From the NCBI RefSeq assembly GCF_030013595.1, contig NZ_CP122768.1: a stretch of DNA of 64,000 bases. One strand, written 5' to 3'. Position 1 is the stretch's first letter, and every line of letters starts with the position of its first letter. The stretch comes from Escherichia coli (GTDB lineage: Bacteria; Pseudomonadota; Gammaproteobacteria; Enterobacterales; Enterobacteriaceae). Position numbers and translations under genes: made by a program. The notes beneath the pieces were generated by a model that did not search any database, was not told where the DNA came from, and was given only the letters and a program-made list of their open reading frames with translations. This document shows positions 27,326 to 38,393 of this stretch, piece after piece.

Positions 27326-28027
27326 GACAATGCAGATGGTTCAACCATGCTGGATAAACGTTATGTCATCACTAACGGTAATCAGCTGGCGATTCAAAAT
27401 GATTTACTGGAGAGTTTATCAAAAGCGTTAAACCAACCGTGGCCACAACGAATGCAGGAGATGCTCCAGCAAATTTTGCCTCATCGTGGTGCGTTATTAA
27501 CTAATTTTTATCAGGCACATGATTATTTACTGCATGGCGATGATAAATCATTGAACCGTGCCAGTGAATTATTAGGTGAGATTGTTCAATCATCCCCAGA
27601 ATTTACCTACGCGAGAGCAGAAAAAGCATTAGTTGATATCGTGCGCCATTCTCAACATCCTTTAGATGAAAAACAATTAGCAGCACTGAACACAGACATA
27701 GATAACATTGTTACACTACCGGAATTGAATAACCTGTCCATTATATATCAAATAAAAGCGGTCAGTGCTCTGGTAAAAGGTAAAACAGATGAGTCTTACC
27801 AGGCGATAAATACTGGCATTGATCTTGAAATGTCCTGGCTAAATTATGTGTTGCTTGGCAAGGTTTATGAAATGAAGGGGATGAACCGGGAAGCAGCTGA
27901 TGCATATCTCACCGCCTTTAATTTACGCCCAGGGGCAAACACCCTTTACTGGATTGAAAATGGTATATTCCAGACTTCTGTTCCTTATGTTGTACCTTAT
28001 CTCGACAAATTTCTCGCTTCAGAATAA
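27326..28027 (+). pseudogene. cadC: cadC 3' fragment (C-terminal about 233 codons of the ToxR-like activator); 5' half replaced by IS1
   Basis: ORF ends about 365 bp upstream of cadB in the position and orientation of cadC; begins abruptly at the IS1 end. Confidence 0.8.
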
Positions 28028-28392
28028 GTAACTCCCGGGTTGATTTATGCTCGGCAAGATTTGTTGTTGAGTTTTTGTATGTTTCTGTTGGTATAATATG
28101 TTGCGGCAATTTATTTGCCGCATAATTTTTATTACATAAATTTAACCAGAAAATGTCCCACAATCCATTGTAAATATTGAATGTTTATCTTTTCATGATA
28201 TCAACTTGCGATCCTGATGTGTTAATAAAAAACCTCAAGTTCTCACTTACAGAAACTTTTGTGTTATTTCACCTAATCTTTAGGATTAATCCTTTTTTCG
28301 TGAGTATTCTTAGCGCCAGTTTGGTCTGGTCAGGAAATAGTTATACATCATGACCCGGACTCCAAATTCAAAAATGAAATTAGGAGAAGAGC
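28028..28392 (+). promoter_or_regulatory. cadBA promoter/regulatory region (Pcad)
   Basis: Conserved intergenic region between cadC and cadB; individual CadC sites not mapped. Confidence 0.5.
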
Positions 28393-29727
28393 ATGAGTTC
28401 TGCCAAGAAGATCGGGCTATTTGCCTGTACCGGTGTTGTTGCCGGTAATATGATGGGGAGCGGTATTGCATTATTACCTGCGAACCTAGCAAGTATCGGT
28501 GGTATTGCTATCTGGGGTTGGATTATCTCTATTATTGGTGCAATGTCGCTGGCGTATGTATATGCCCGACTGGCAACAAAAAACCCGCAACAAGGTGGCC
28601 CAATTGCTTATGCCGGAGAAATTTCCCCTGCATTTGGTTTTCAGACAGGTGTTCTTTATTACCATGCTAACTGGATTGGTAACCTGGCGATTGGTATTAC
28701 CGCTGTATCTTATCTTTCCACCTTCTTCCCAGTATTAAATGATCCTGTTCCGGCGGGTATCGCCTGTATTGCTATCGTCTGGGTATTTACCTTTGTAAAT
28801 ATGCTCGGCGGTACCTGGGTAAGCCGTTTAACCACTATTGGTCTGGTGCTGGTTCTTATTCCTGTGGTAATGACAGCTATTGTTGGCTGGCATTGGTTTG
28901 ATGCTGCGACTTATGCTGCTAACTGGAATACTGCGGATACCACCGATGGTCATGCGATCATTAAAAGTATTCTGCTCTGCCTGTGGGCCTTCGTGGGTGT
29001 TGAATCCGCAGCTGTAAGTACTGGTATGGTTAAAAACCCGAAACGTACCGTTCCGCTGGCAACCATGCTGGGTACTGGTTTAGCAGGTATTGTTTATATC
29101 GCTGCGACTCAGGTGCTTTCCGGTATGTATCCGTCTTCTGTAATGGCAGCTTCCGGTGCTCCGTTTGCAATCAGTGCTTCAACTATCCTCGGTAACTGGG
29201 CTGCGCCGCTGGTTTCTGCATTCACCGCCTTTGCGTGCCTGACCTCTCTGGGCTCCTGGATGATGTTGGTAGGCCAGGCAGGTGTACGTGCCGCTAACGA
29301 CGGTAACTTCCCGAAAGTTTATGGTGAAGTCGACAGCAACGGTATTCCGAAAAAAGGTCTGCTGCTGGCTGCAGTGAAAATGACTGCCCTGATGATCCTC
29401 ATCACTCTGATGAACTCTGCCGGTGGTAAAGCATCTGACCTGTTCGGTGAACTGACCGGTATCGCAGTACTGCTGACTATGCTGCCGTACTTCTACTCTT
29501 GCGTTGACCTGATTCGTTTTGAAGGCGTTAACATCCGCAACTTTGTCAGCCTGATCTGCTCTGTACTGGGTTGCGTGTTCTGCTTCATCGCGCTGATGGG
29601 CGCAAGCTCCTTCGAGCTGGCAGGTACCTTCATCGTCAGCCTGATTATCCTGATGTTCTACGCTCGCAAAATGCACGAGCGCCAGAGCCACTCAATGGAT
29701 AACCACACAGCGTCTAACGCACATTAA
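28393..29727 (+). CDS. cadB: Lysine:cadaverine antiporter
   Basis: 444-aa APC-family transporter upstream of cadA. Confidence 0.95.
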   Translation: MSSAKKIGLFACTGVVAGNMMGSGIALLPANLASIGGIAIWGWIISIIGAMSLAYVYARLATKNPQQGGPIAYAGEISPAFGFQTGVLYYHANWIGNLAIGITAVSYLSTFFPVLNDPVPAGIACIAIVWVFTFVNMLGGTWVSRLTTIGLVLVLIPVVMTAIVGWHWFDAATYAANWNTADTTDGHAIIKSILLCLWAFVGVESAAVSTGMVKNPKRTVPLATMLGTGLAGIVYIAATQVLSGMYPSSVMAASGAPFAISASTILGNWAAPLVSAFTAFACLTSLGSWMMLVGQAGVRAANDGNFPKVYGEVDSNGIPKKGLLLAAVKMTALMILITLMNSAGGKASDLFGELTGIAVLLTMLPYFYSCVDLIRFEGVNIRNFVSLICSVLGCVFCFIALMGASSFELAGTFIVSLIILMFYARKMHERQSHSMDNHTASNAH

Positions 29728-29806
29728 TTAAAAGTATTTTCCGAGGCTCCTCCTTTCATTTTGTCCCATGTGTTGGGAGGGGCCTTTTTTACCTGGAGAT
29801 ATGACT

Positions 29807-31954
29807 ATGAACGTTATTGCAATATTGAATCACATGGGGGTTTATTTTAAAGAAGAACCCATCCGTGAACTTCATCGCGCGCTTGAACGTCTGAACTTCC
29901 AGATTGTTTACCCGAACGACCGTGACGACTTATTAAAACTGATCGAAAACAATGCGCGTCTGTGCGGCGTTATTTTTGACTGGGATAAATATAATCTCGA
30001 GCTGTGCGAAGAAATTAGCAAAATGAACGAGAACCTGCCGTTGTACGCGTTCGCTAATACGTATTCCACTCTCGATGTAAGCCTGAATGACCTGCGTTTA
30101 CAGATTAGCTTCTTTGAATATGCGCTGGGTGCTGCTGAAGATATTGCTAACAAGATCAAGCAGACCACTGACGAATATATCAACACTATTCTGCCTCCGC
30201 TGACCAAAGCACTGTTTAAATATGTTCGTGAAGGTAAATATACTTTCTGTACTCCTGGTCACATGGGCGGTACTGCATTCCAGAAAAGCCCGGTAGGTAG
30301 CCTGTTCTATGATTTCTTTGGTCCGAACACCATGAAATCTGATATTTCCATTTCAGTATCTGAACTGGGTTCTCTGCTGGATCACAGTGGTCCACACAAA
30401 GAAGCAGAACAGTATATCGCTCGCGTCTTTAACGCAGACCGCAGCTACATGGTGACCAACGGTACTTCCACTGCGAACAAAATTGTTGGTATGTACTCTG
30501 CTCCAGCAGGCAGCACCATTCTGATTGACCGTAACTGCCACAAATCGCTGACCCACCTGATGATGATGAGCGATGTTACGCCAATCTATTTCCGCCCGAC
30601 CCGTAACGCTTACGGTATTCTTGGTGGTATCCCACAGAGTGAATTCCAGCACGCTACCATTGCTAAGCGCGTGAAAGAAACACCAAACGCAACCTGGCCG
30701 GTACATGCTGTAATTACTAACTCTACCTATGATGGTCTGCTGTACAACACCGACTTCATCAAGAAAACACTGGATGTGAAATCCATCCACTTTGACTCCG
30801 CGTGGGTGCCTTACACCAACTTCTCACCGATTTACGAAGGTAAATGCGGTATGAGCGGTGGCCGTGTAGAAGGGAAAGTGATTTACGAAACCCAGTCTAC
30901 TCACAAACTGCTGGCGGCGTTCTCTCAGGCTTCCATGATCCACGTTAAAGGTGACGTAAACGAAGAAACCTTTAACGAAGCCTACATGATGCACACCACC
31001 ACTTCTCCGCACTACGGTATCGTGGCGTCCACTGAAACCGCTGCGGCGATGATGAAAGGCAATGCAGGTAAGCGTCTGATCAACGGTTCCATTGAACGTG
31101 CGATCAAATTCCGTAAAGAGATCAAACGTCTGAGAACGGAATCTGATGGCTGGTTCTTTGATGTATGGCAGCCGGATCATATCGATACGACTGAATGCTG
31201 GCCGCTGCGTTCTGACAGCACCTGGCACGGCTTCAAAAACATCGATAACGAGCACATGTATCTTGACCCGATCAAAGTCACCCTGCTGACTCCGGGGATG
31301 GAAAAAGACGGCACCATGAGCGACTTTGGTATTCCGGCCAGCATCGTGGCGAAATACCTCGACGAACATGGCATCGTTGTTGAGAAAACCGGTCCGTATA
31401 ACCTGCTGTTCCTGTTCAGCATCGGTATCGATAAGACCAAAGCACTGAGCCTGCTGCGTGCTCTGACAGACTTCAAACGTGCGTTCGATCTGAACCTGCG
31501 TGTGAAAAACATGCTGCCGTCTCTGTATCGTGAAGATCCTGAATTCTATGAAAACATGCGTATTCAGGAACTGGCTCAGAATATCCACAAACTGATTGTT
31601 CACCACAATCTGCCGGATCTGATGTATCGCGCATTTGAAGTTCTGCCGACCATGGTAATGACTCCGTATGCTGCGTTCCAGAAAGAGCTGCACGGTATGA
31701 CCGAAGAAGTTTACCTCGACGAAATGGTAGGTCGTATTAACGCCAATATGATCCTTCCGTATCCGCCGGGAGTTCCTCTGGTAATGCCGGGTGAAATGAT
31801 CACCGAAGAAAGCCGTCCGGTTCTGGAGTTCCTGCAGATGCTGTGTGAAATCGGCGCTCACTATCCGGGCTTTGAAACCGATATTCACGGTGCATACCGT
31901 CAGGCTGATGGCCGCTATACCGTTAAGGTATTGAAAGAAGAAAGCAAAAAATAA
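29807..31954 (+). CDS. cadA: Inducible lysine decarboxylase
   Basis: 715 aa from MNVIAILNHMGVYF...; full-length agreement with E. coli CadA as recalled. ORF track start at 29768 is an upstream in-frame extension. Confidence 0.95.
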   Translation: MNVIAILNHMGVYFKEEPIRELHRALERLNFQIVYPNDRDDLLKLIENNARLCGVIFDWDKYNLELCEEISKMNENLPLYAFANTYSTLDVSLNDLRLQISFFEYALGAAEDIANKIKQTTDEYINTILPPLTKALFKYVREGKYTFCTPGHMGGTAFQKSPVGSLFYDFFGPNTMKSDISISVSELGSLLDHSGPHKEAEQYIARVFNADRSYMVTNGTSTANKIVGMYSAPAGSTILIDRNCHKSLTHLMMMSDVTPIYFRPTRNAYGILGGIPQSEFQHATIAKRVKETPNATWPVHAVITNSTYDGLLYNTDFIKKTLDVKSIHFDSAWVPYTNFSPIYEGKCGMSGGRVEGKVIYETQSTHKLLAAFSQASMIHVKGDVNEETFNEAYMMHTTTSPHYGIVASTETAAAMMKGNAGKRLINGSIERAIKFRKEIKRLRTESDGWFFDVWQPDHIDTTECWPLRSDSTWHGFKNIDNEHMYLDPIKVTLLTPGMEKDGTMSDFGIPASIVAKYLDEHGIVVEKTGPYNLLFLFSIGIDKTKALSLLRALTDFKRAFDLNLRVKNMLPSLYREDPEFYENMRIQELAQNIHKLIVHHNLPDLMYRAFEVLPTMVMTPYAAFQKELHGMTEEVYLDEMVGRINANMILPYPPGVPLVMPGEMITEESRPVLEFLQMLCEIGAHYPGFETDIHGAYRQADGRYTVKVLKEESKK

Positions 31955-31967
31955 TTAGCTCGTACAA

Positions 31968-31996
31968 GGGAAGTGGCTTGCCACTTCCCTTTTTTG
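31968..31996 (+). terminator. Rho-independent terminator after cadA
   Basis: gggaagtgg-cttg-ccacttccc hairpin followed by TTTTTTG. Confidence 0.8.
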
Positions 31997-32012
31997 CTCA
32001 TAAGGAGAACAC

Positions 32013-33470
32013 ATGAAAACACCCTCACAGCCGCGCGCGATATACTATATCGTGGCGATCCAAATCTGGGAGTACTTCAGTTTTTACGGCATGCGTGCCT
32101 TACTCATTCTCTATCTCACCCATCAGCTTGGTTTTGATGATAACCATGCCATCAGCCTGTTCAGCGCATATGCTTCTCTGGTTTACGTTACCCCTATTCT
32201 CGGCGGCTGGCTTGCCGACCGCCTGCTCGGCAACCGCACTGCAGTGATTGCCGGCGCGCTGTTAATGACCCTTGGCCATGTGGTGCTGGGCATTGATACA
32301 AATTCAACCTTTAGCCTGTATCTGGCGCTGGCAATCATTATTTGTGGCTACGGTTTATTCAAATCAAACATCAGCTGTTTGCTTGGCGAGCTCTACGACG
32401 AGAACGATCATCGACGTGATGGCGGTTTTTCGCTGCTGTATGCTGCAGGCAATATCGGTTCTATCGCCGCCCCCATCGCCTGCGGCCTGGCTGCTCAGTG
32501 GTATGGATGGCATGTTGGCTTTGCCCTTGCGGGTGGCGGCATGTTTATCGGTTTGTTGATTTTCTTAAGCGGTCATCGTCATTTCCAGTCCACGCGTAGT
32601 ATGGATAAGAAAGCGCTCACTAGCGTCAAATTTGCCTTACCAGTATGGAGCTGGTTAGTGGTGATGCTCTGTTTAGCCCCAGTATTTTTTACCCTGCTGC
32701 TGGAGAACGACTGGTCCGGATATTTGCTGGCGATCGTTTGCCTCATTGCAGCACAAATCATTGCCCGCATGATGATCAAATTCCCCGAACACCGCCGTGC
32801 TCTTTGGCAAATTGTATTGTTGATGTTTGTCGGGACGTTGTTCTGGGTACTGGCACAACAGGGCGGCAGTACCATCAGCTTGTTTATCGATCGCTTTGTG
32901 AATCGTCAGGCATTCAATATTGAAGTACCTACAGCACTATTCCAGTCGGTGAATGCCATTGCGGTGATGCTCGCTGGGGTTGTTCTGGCCTGGCTGGCGT
33001 CGCCAGAAAGCCGCGGCAATTCAGCATTGCGCGTCTGGCTGAAGTTTGCCTTTGGCTTACTGCTGATGGCTTGTGGCTTTATGTTGCTGGCATTTGATGC
33101 CCGACATGCAGCGGCTGGCGGTCAAGCGTCAATGGGCGTGATGGTATCCGGGCTGGCGCTAATGGGCTTTGCTGAACTCTTTATTGACCCGGTGGCGATT
33201 GCGCAAATCACGCGTCTGAAAATGTCTGGCGTATTAACCGGTATTTATATGCTGGCAACAGGCGCGGTCGCCAACTGGCTGGCAGGCGTCGTGGCACAGC
33301 AGACGACAGAGTCGCAAATTAGCGGTATGGCAATTGCCGCTTACCAGCGATTCTTTTCTCAGATGGGAGAGTGGACGTTGGCTTGTGTCGCGATCATCGT
33401 GGTATTGGCCTTTGCTACCCGTTTTCTGTTTAGCACGCCGACGAATATGATACAGGAGAGCAACGATTAA
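32013..33470 (+). CDS. dtpC: Dipeptide/tripeptide:H+ permease (POT family)
   Basis: 485-aa POT-family ORF in the conserved position between cadA and lysU. Confidence 0.9.
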   Translation: MKTPSQPRAIYYIVAIQIWEYFSFYGMRALLILYLTHQLGFDDNHAISLFSAYASLVYVTPILGGWLADRLLGNRTAVIAGALLMTLGHVVLGIDTNSTFSLYLALAIIICGYGLFKSNISCLLGELYDENDHRRDGGFSLLYAAGNIGSIAAPIACGLAAQWYGWHVGFALAGGGMFIGLLIFLSGHRHFQSTRSMDKKALTSVKFALPVWSWLVVMLCLAPVFFTLLLENDWSGYLLAIVCLIAAQIIARMMIKFPEHRRALWQIVLLMFVGTLFWVLAQQGGSTISLFIDRFVNRQAFNIEVPTALFQSVNAIAVMLAGVVLAWLASPESRGNSALRVWLKFAFGLLLMACGFMLLAFDARHAAAGGQASMGVMVSGLALMGFAELFIDPVAIAQITRLKMSGVLTGIYMLATGAVANWLAGVVAQQTTESQISGMAIAAYQRFFSQMGEWTLACVAIIVVLAFATRFLFSTPTNMIQESND

Positions 33471-33706
33471 CTGTCGTAAAAACAATTGGTTATGAATAAA
33501 TTAACTTTCAGTTTATCACACTAGCAAATCGAGATTAATAAGTCATTTAAACCATTTTTATGGTTATTTATTAGTGATATCAACTTGAGGTAAGCGTTAG
33601 TTTCGATAAGATAAACTGAGTTATTAATAGTCGAGGCAGATAATACAGTGTACCGATCTGTCTCTTTATCTACGCTAAATTGAAAGCTGGATTTAGAGGA
33701 ACCAAA

Positions 33707-35224
33707 ATGTCTGAACGAGAAACACGGGGAGCCAATGAGGCTATTGATTTTAACGATGAACTGAGAAATCGCCGCGAAAAACTGGCGGCACTACGTCAGC
33801 AAGGTGTGGCGTTTCCCAATGATTTTCGCCGCGACCATACCTCTGACCAGTTGCACGAAGAGTTTGATGCGAAGGATAACCAGGAACTGGAATCCTTAAA
33901 CATTGAAGTCTCGGTTGCTGGCCGAATGATGACCCGTCGTATCATGGGGAAAGCCTCCTTTGTAACGTTGCAGGATGTCGGTGGCCGTATTCAACTGTAC
34001 GTTGCAAGAGATAGCCTGCCAGAAGGTGTTTATAACGATCAGTTTAAAAAATGGGATCTGGGTGACATTATCGGTGCCCGCGGTACGCTGTTTAAGACGC
34101 AAACGGGTGAGCTTTCCATTCACTGTACTGAGCTGCGCCTGCTGACTAAAGCACTACGTCCTTTACCAGATAAATTCCATGGTCTGCAGGATCAGGAAGT
34201 CCGTTATCGTCAACGTTATCTGGACCTCATCGCTAACGATAAATCCCGTCAAACGTTTGTTGTCCGTTCAAAAATTCTGGCCGCTATCCGTCAGTTCATG
34301 GTCGCGCGCGGCTTTATGGAAGTAGAAACCCCGATGATGCAGGTAATTCCAGGTGGGGCATCTGCTCGCCCGTTTATTACCCATCATAACGCTCTGGATT
34401 TAGATATGTACCTGCGTATCGCGCCAGAGCTGTATCTGAAACGTCTGGTTGTAGGCGGTTTTGAACGGGTATTCGAAATCAACCGTAACTTCCGTAATGA
34501 AGGTATTTCTGTTCGCCATAATCCTGAGTTCACAATGATGGAACTCTACATGGCGTATGCGGATTACCACGATTTGATTGAACTGACAGAGTCACTGTTC
34601 CGCACCCTGGCACAAGAGGTTCTGGGTACCACTAAAGTCACTTATGGCGAGCATGTGTTTGATTTCGGCAAACCGTTTGAAAAACTCACCATGCGCGAAG
34701 CAATCAAAAAATATCGTCCAGAAACCGATATGGCCGACCTGGATAATTTTGATGCCGCTAAAGCATTAGCTGAATCTATTGGTATTACGGTAGAGAAAAG
34801 CTGGGGGCTGGGACGTATTGTCACGGAGATCTTTGATGAAGTGGCAGAAGCACATCTGATTCAGCCAACCTTTATTACGGAATATCCCGCAGAAGTGTCA
34901 CCGCTGGCGCGCCGTAATGATGTTAACCCGGAAATCACCGACCGATTTGAATTCTTCATCGGTGGTCGTGAAATCGGTAATGGTTTTAGCGAATTAAACG
35001 ACGCAGAAGATCAGGCTGAACGTTTCCAGGAACAGGTTAACGCTAAAGCTGCAGGTGACGACGAAGCCATGTTCTATGACGAAGATTACGTGACTGCGCT
35101 GGAATATGGTTTGCCACCAACCGCTGGTCTGGGTATTGGTATCGACCGAATGATTATGCTGTTTACAAACAGTCATACTATTCGCGACGTTATTCTCTTC
35201 CCGGCGATGCGCCCACAGAAATAA
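33707..35224 (+). CDS. lysU: Lysyl-tRNA synthetase, inducible isoform
   Basis: 505 aa from MSERETRG...; class II aaRS motifs; identification as lysU (not lysS) by genomic context. Confidence 0.92.
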   Translation: MSERETRGANEAIDFNDELRNRREKLAALRQQGVAFPNDFRRDHTSDQLHEEFDAKDNQELESLNIEVSVAGRMMTRRIMGKASFVTLQDVGGRIQLYVARDSLPEGVYNDQFKKWDLGDIIGARGTLFKTQTGELSIHCTELRLLTKALRPLPDKFHGLQDQEVRYRQRYLDLIANDKSRQTFVVRSKILAAIRQFMVARGFMEVETPMMQVIPGGASARPFITHHNALDLDMYLRIAPELYLKRLVVGGFERVFEINRNFRNEGISVRHNPEFTMMELYMAYADYHDLIELTESLFRTLAQEVLGTTKVTYGEHVFDFGKPFEKLTMREAIKKYRPETDMADLDNFDAAKALAESIGITVEKSWGLGRIVTEIFDEVAEAHLIQPTFITEYPAEVSPLARRNDVNPEITDRFEFFIGGREIGNGFSELNDAEDQAERFQEQVNAKAAGDDEAMFYDEDYVTALEYGLPPTAGLGIGIDRMIMLFTNSHTIRDVILFPAMRPQK

Positions 35225-35235
35225 TTTTCACTTTA

Positions 35236-35269
35236 ATGAACGAAGCAGTCAGGCGACTGCTTCGTTCAT
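35236..35269 (+). terminator. Hairpin after lysU
   Basis: atgaacgaagcagtc-aggc-gactgcttcgttcat inverted repeat. Confidence 0.55.
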
Positions 35270-35343
35270 CATTCCGCAAATCCAGTTTTGAGGAGAGACG
35301 CTTCGTTTCACGATAACCAGCGGGTCCACTCAACTACAGCTCC

Positions 35344-35516
35344 TAAAAGAGAGAAAAAAGTAATGCCACAGGCAGACTCATTGGCCAGGTTATTCCTACC
35401 AGGAATGCACTAAGTAAACGAATATGTGTTTTCTCATGTGAGATAAACCAGATAATGACAAAGGATATGTTCACACCAATCACATAAAAAATTAATATTT
35501 TAGAGAATAGTGCCAT
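35344..35516 (-). pseudogene. ghoT: ghoT (type V toxin) with apparent 1-bp deletion causing frameshift after codon 18
   Basis: ATG at 35516 gives MALFSKILIFYVIGVNIS then shifts; the +1 frame continues VIIWFISHEKTHIRLLSAFLVGITWPMSLPVALLFSLF-stop, which restores the recalled 57-aa GhoT. Deletion is in an A-run near 35459-35461. Confidence 0.6.
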
Positions 35517-35543
35517 TTTTTATGTTCTTCTTATCCTTCCTGG

Positions 35544-35840
35544 CTACTTGTAAAACTGACGGAAATAGTCATCAACGGTCATAATGTTGAGGTCAAAGTC
35601 AATATCCGGTAAGTCTAAGCATTTAAGCCTGATTAAATCTTCGATTTCACTTGCGGCTAACGATGTCGTTATTGCGAAGGAGTTTTCATTCAATTGTCGT
35701 GGTATCCCATATTCATCAGCCACGATAGAGGAGAAATTCATATCATACATCAATGATCTTAACCTTAAGAACACTGAGGAATAAGATGATGGATAATCAA
35801 AAGAAACAACATAAGTATTGAACTTGTTTTTACCTTCCAT
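35544..35840 (-). CDS. ghoS: GhoS antitoxin (endoribonuclease) of the GhoT/GhoS type V toxin-antitoxin system
   Basis: 98-aa ORF upstream of ghoT in the same orientation. Confidence 0.85.
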   Translation of the reverse strand: MEGKNKFNTYVVSFDYPSSYSSVFLRLRSLMYDMNFSSIVADEYGIPRQLNENSFAITTSLAASEIEDLIRLKCLDLPDIDFDLNIMTVDDYFRQFYK

Positions 35841-36066
35841 AATATGACTCCTATCAATATTGAACGCTCTGGGGACGCAAAACTTATTAACCCCGATTGA
35901 TGATTCTCATATAGGAGATATTCTTTTTTTTGCTCAGTAAAGGGGATGACTTGGGACAAAAAAACGCGCTCTCTGCCCATTCTTTGTGCATCCCCCTACC
36001 CTTCAGATGCTCACCTGCATCACACCGCGGAGAGCATGAAAAATATTGTGACTCTGTACTCTCCCA

Positions 36067-36339
36067 TCAACTGCGAATATCATCATACTCCCGCGTTTTA
36101 TCAAATTCGTGTTTCGCAAATGGGCATAGTGGGATAATTTTTCGTTTTTCCCGACGCATTTTTTCCACGACTTTCGCAACCAGCTGTTTACCAATCCCCT
36201 GCCCTTTCAGGCTTTCATCGACATCGGTATGTTCGATAATCGCTAAATTCTCTCCGGTCGGCACAAAGACAATTTCAGCGATTTGCTTGCCCTGTTCGTC
36301 ATTAATGTAAAATTTATTGTGGCCTTCGCGTATTTCCAT
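36067..36339 (-). CDS. yjdJ: GNAT-family acetyltransferase-like small protein
   Basis: 90-aa ORF in conserved position next to yjdI. Confidence 0.8.
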   Translation of the reverse strand: MEIREGHNKFYINDEQGKQIAEIVFVPTGENLAIIEHTDVDESLKGQGIGKQLVAKVVEKMRREKRKIIPLCPFAKHEFDKTREYDDIRS

Positions 36340-36350
36340 TTTACCCTCGC

Positions 36351-36581
36351 TTATTTATGACGGTATTTCAGCGCGCCGCTCGGGCACGTATCAATCACTT
36401 TAACCACAGTGGCAACGTCGACTTCATCCGGCATGATCCACGGCTTTCGTTTGAGATTAAATAACTTGCCGTTGCCACGTACGCAATTGCCAGAATGCTG
36501 ACATATCGCAGTATTGAAATAGACATCGATCTTTTCGCCGGTATAACAGCGATAACCCCCGTCCAGTAGCGCCCGATCCAT
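36351..36581 (-). CDS. yjdI: Small conserved protein YjdI
   Basis: 76-aa Cys-containing ORF in conserved position, divergent from dcuS. Confidence 0.75.
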   Translation of the reverse strand: MDRALLDGGYRCYTGEKIDVYFNTAICQHSGNCVRGNGKLFNLKRKPWIMPDEVDVATVVKVIDTCPSGALKYRHK

Positions 36582-36761
36582 GACCTTCCCTCTCTCATCA
36601 GTATGATTATCGCTATAAGCATAGCCCCGGAATCTTCATACAGCACTGGCAGTTTCCGTTGCCAGAATCTCTTCCCCTATATAGCCAATCATTCTTACTC
36701 CCTTTGAATTACCCGCCTCATCAGAGATAATGCTTAAGAAATTTGTCACACAAGGAAGCTG

Positions 36762-38393
36762 ATGAGACATTCATTGCCCTACCGTATGTTACGCAAACGT
36801 CCGATGAAATTGAGTACCACTGTGATCTTAATGGTCAGCGCGGTACTGTTCTCGGTGCTATTGGTGGTGCATCTGATTTACTTCTCGCAAATCAGTGATA
36901 TGACGCGAGACGGGCTAGCCAACAAGGCGCTGGCAGTGGCGCGTACCCTCGCCGACTCGCCGGAAATCCGTCAGGGCTTGCAGAAAAAACCTCAGGAGAG
37001 CGGCATCCAGGCCATCGCGGAAGCCGTGCGCAAACGCAACGATCTGCTATTTATTGTCGTTACCGATATGCAAAGTCTTCGCTACTCGCATCCTGAAGCC
37101 CAGCGTATTGGTCAGCCATTTAAAGGTGATGACATCCTTAAAGCGCTGAATGGCGAAGAAAATGTCGCTATCAATCGCGGTTTTCTGGCGCAGGCTTTAC
37201 GCGTATTTACCCCCATCTACGATGAAAATCATAAACAAATTGGCGTGGTGGCGATCGGCCTTGAGTTAAGTCGCGTGACCCAACAGATCAATGACAGTCG
37301 CTGGAGCATTATCTGGTCGGTATTATTTGGCATGCTGGTCGGACTGATCGGCACCTGCATTCTGGTTAACGTACTGAAAAAAATCCTTTTTGGCCTGGAA
37401 CCCTACGAAATCTCCACGCTGTTTGAGCAGCGCCAGGCCATGTTGCAGTCTATCAAAGAAGGCGTCGTTGCCGTGGACGATCGCGGTGAAGTCACGCTGA
37501 TCAACGATGCCGCACAAGAATTGCTGAATTACCGTAAGTCGCAGGACGATGAGAAACTGTCGACGCTAAGCCACTCGTGGTCACAGGTGGTAGATGTCTC
37601 GGAAGTGTTACGCGACGGTACCCCGCGGCGCGACGAAGAGATTACGATTAAAGACCGGCTATTACTGATCAACACCGTTCCGGTGCGCAGTAATGGCGTT
37701 ATCATCGGTGCCATTTCAACCTTCAGGGACAAAACTGAAGTACGTAAACTGATGCAGCGACTCGATGGTCTGGTCAACTATGCTGACGCACTTCGTGAAC
37801 GATCCCACGAATTTATGAATAAATTGCACGTGATTCTCGGATTATTGCATCTGAAGAGTTATAAGCAGTTGGAAGATTACATTCTCAAAACAGCCAATAA
37901 CTATCAGGAAGAGATTGGCTCTCTGCTGGGTAAGATCAAATCTCCGGTTATCGCTGGTTTTTTAATCAGCAAGATTAACCGCGCGACCGATTTAGGCCAT
38001 ACGCTGATTTTAAACAGTGAAAGCCAGCTGCCAGACAGCGGCAGTGAAGACCAGGTCGCGACGCTGATTACCACGTTGGGAAATCTGATAGAAAACGCGC
38101 TGGAAGCATTAGGGCCGGAACCCGGAGGCGAAATTAGCGTAACATTGCACTACCGTCACGGCTGGCTGCACTGTGAAGTTAATGATGATGGACCGGGGAT
38201 CGCACCCGATAAAATCGATCACATTTTTGACAAAGGTGTCTCGACAAAAGGAAGCGAGCGAGGCGTCGGTTTAGCACTTGTCAAACAACAGGTAGAAAAT
38301 CTCGGCGGCAGCATCGCCGTGGAATCGGAACCCGGGATTTTCACACAATTTTTTGTCCAGATACCCTGGGACGGGGAGAGGTCGAACAGATGA
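36762..38393 (+). CDS. dcuS: C4-dicarboxylate sensor histidine kinase
   Basis: 543-aa ORF with two TM helices, periplasmic sensing domain, PAS and HATPase domains. Confidence 0.95.
   Translation: MRHSLPYRMLRKRPMKLSTTVILMVSAVLFSVLLVVHLIYFSQISDMTRDGLANKALAVARTLADSPEIRQGLQKKPQESGIQAIAEAVRKRNDLLFIVVTDMQSLRYSHPEAQRIGQPFKGDDILKALNGEENVAINRGFLAQALRVFTPIYDENHKQIGVVAIGLELSRVTQQINDSRWSIIWSVLFGMLVGLIGTCILVNVLKKILFGLEPYEISTLFEQRQAMLQSIKEGVVAVDDRGEVTLINDAAQELLNYRKSQDDEKLSTLSHSWSQVVDVSEVLRDGTPRRDEEITIKDRLLLINTVPVRSNGVIIGAISTFRDKTEVRKLMQRLDGLVNYADALRERSHEFMNKLHVILGLLHLKSYKQLEDYILKTANNYQEEIGSLLGKIKSPVIAGFLISKINRATDLGHTLILNSESQLPDSGSEDQVATLITTLGNLIENALEALGPEPGGEISVTLHYRHGWLHCEVNDDGPGIAPDKIDHIFDKGVSTKGSERGVGLALVKQQVENLGGSIAVESEPGIFTQFFVQIPWDGERSNR

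Noticed and set aside
30824-31888. 354-aa minus-strand ORF inside cadA
   Set aside because: Lies entirely antisense within the full-length cadA gene; low-complexity, His/Arg/Phe-rich translation typical of a shadow ORF.
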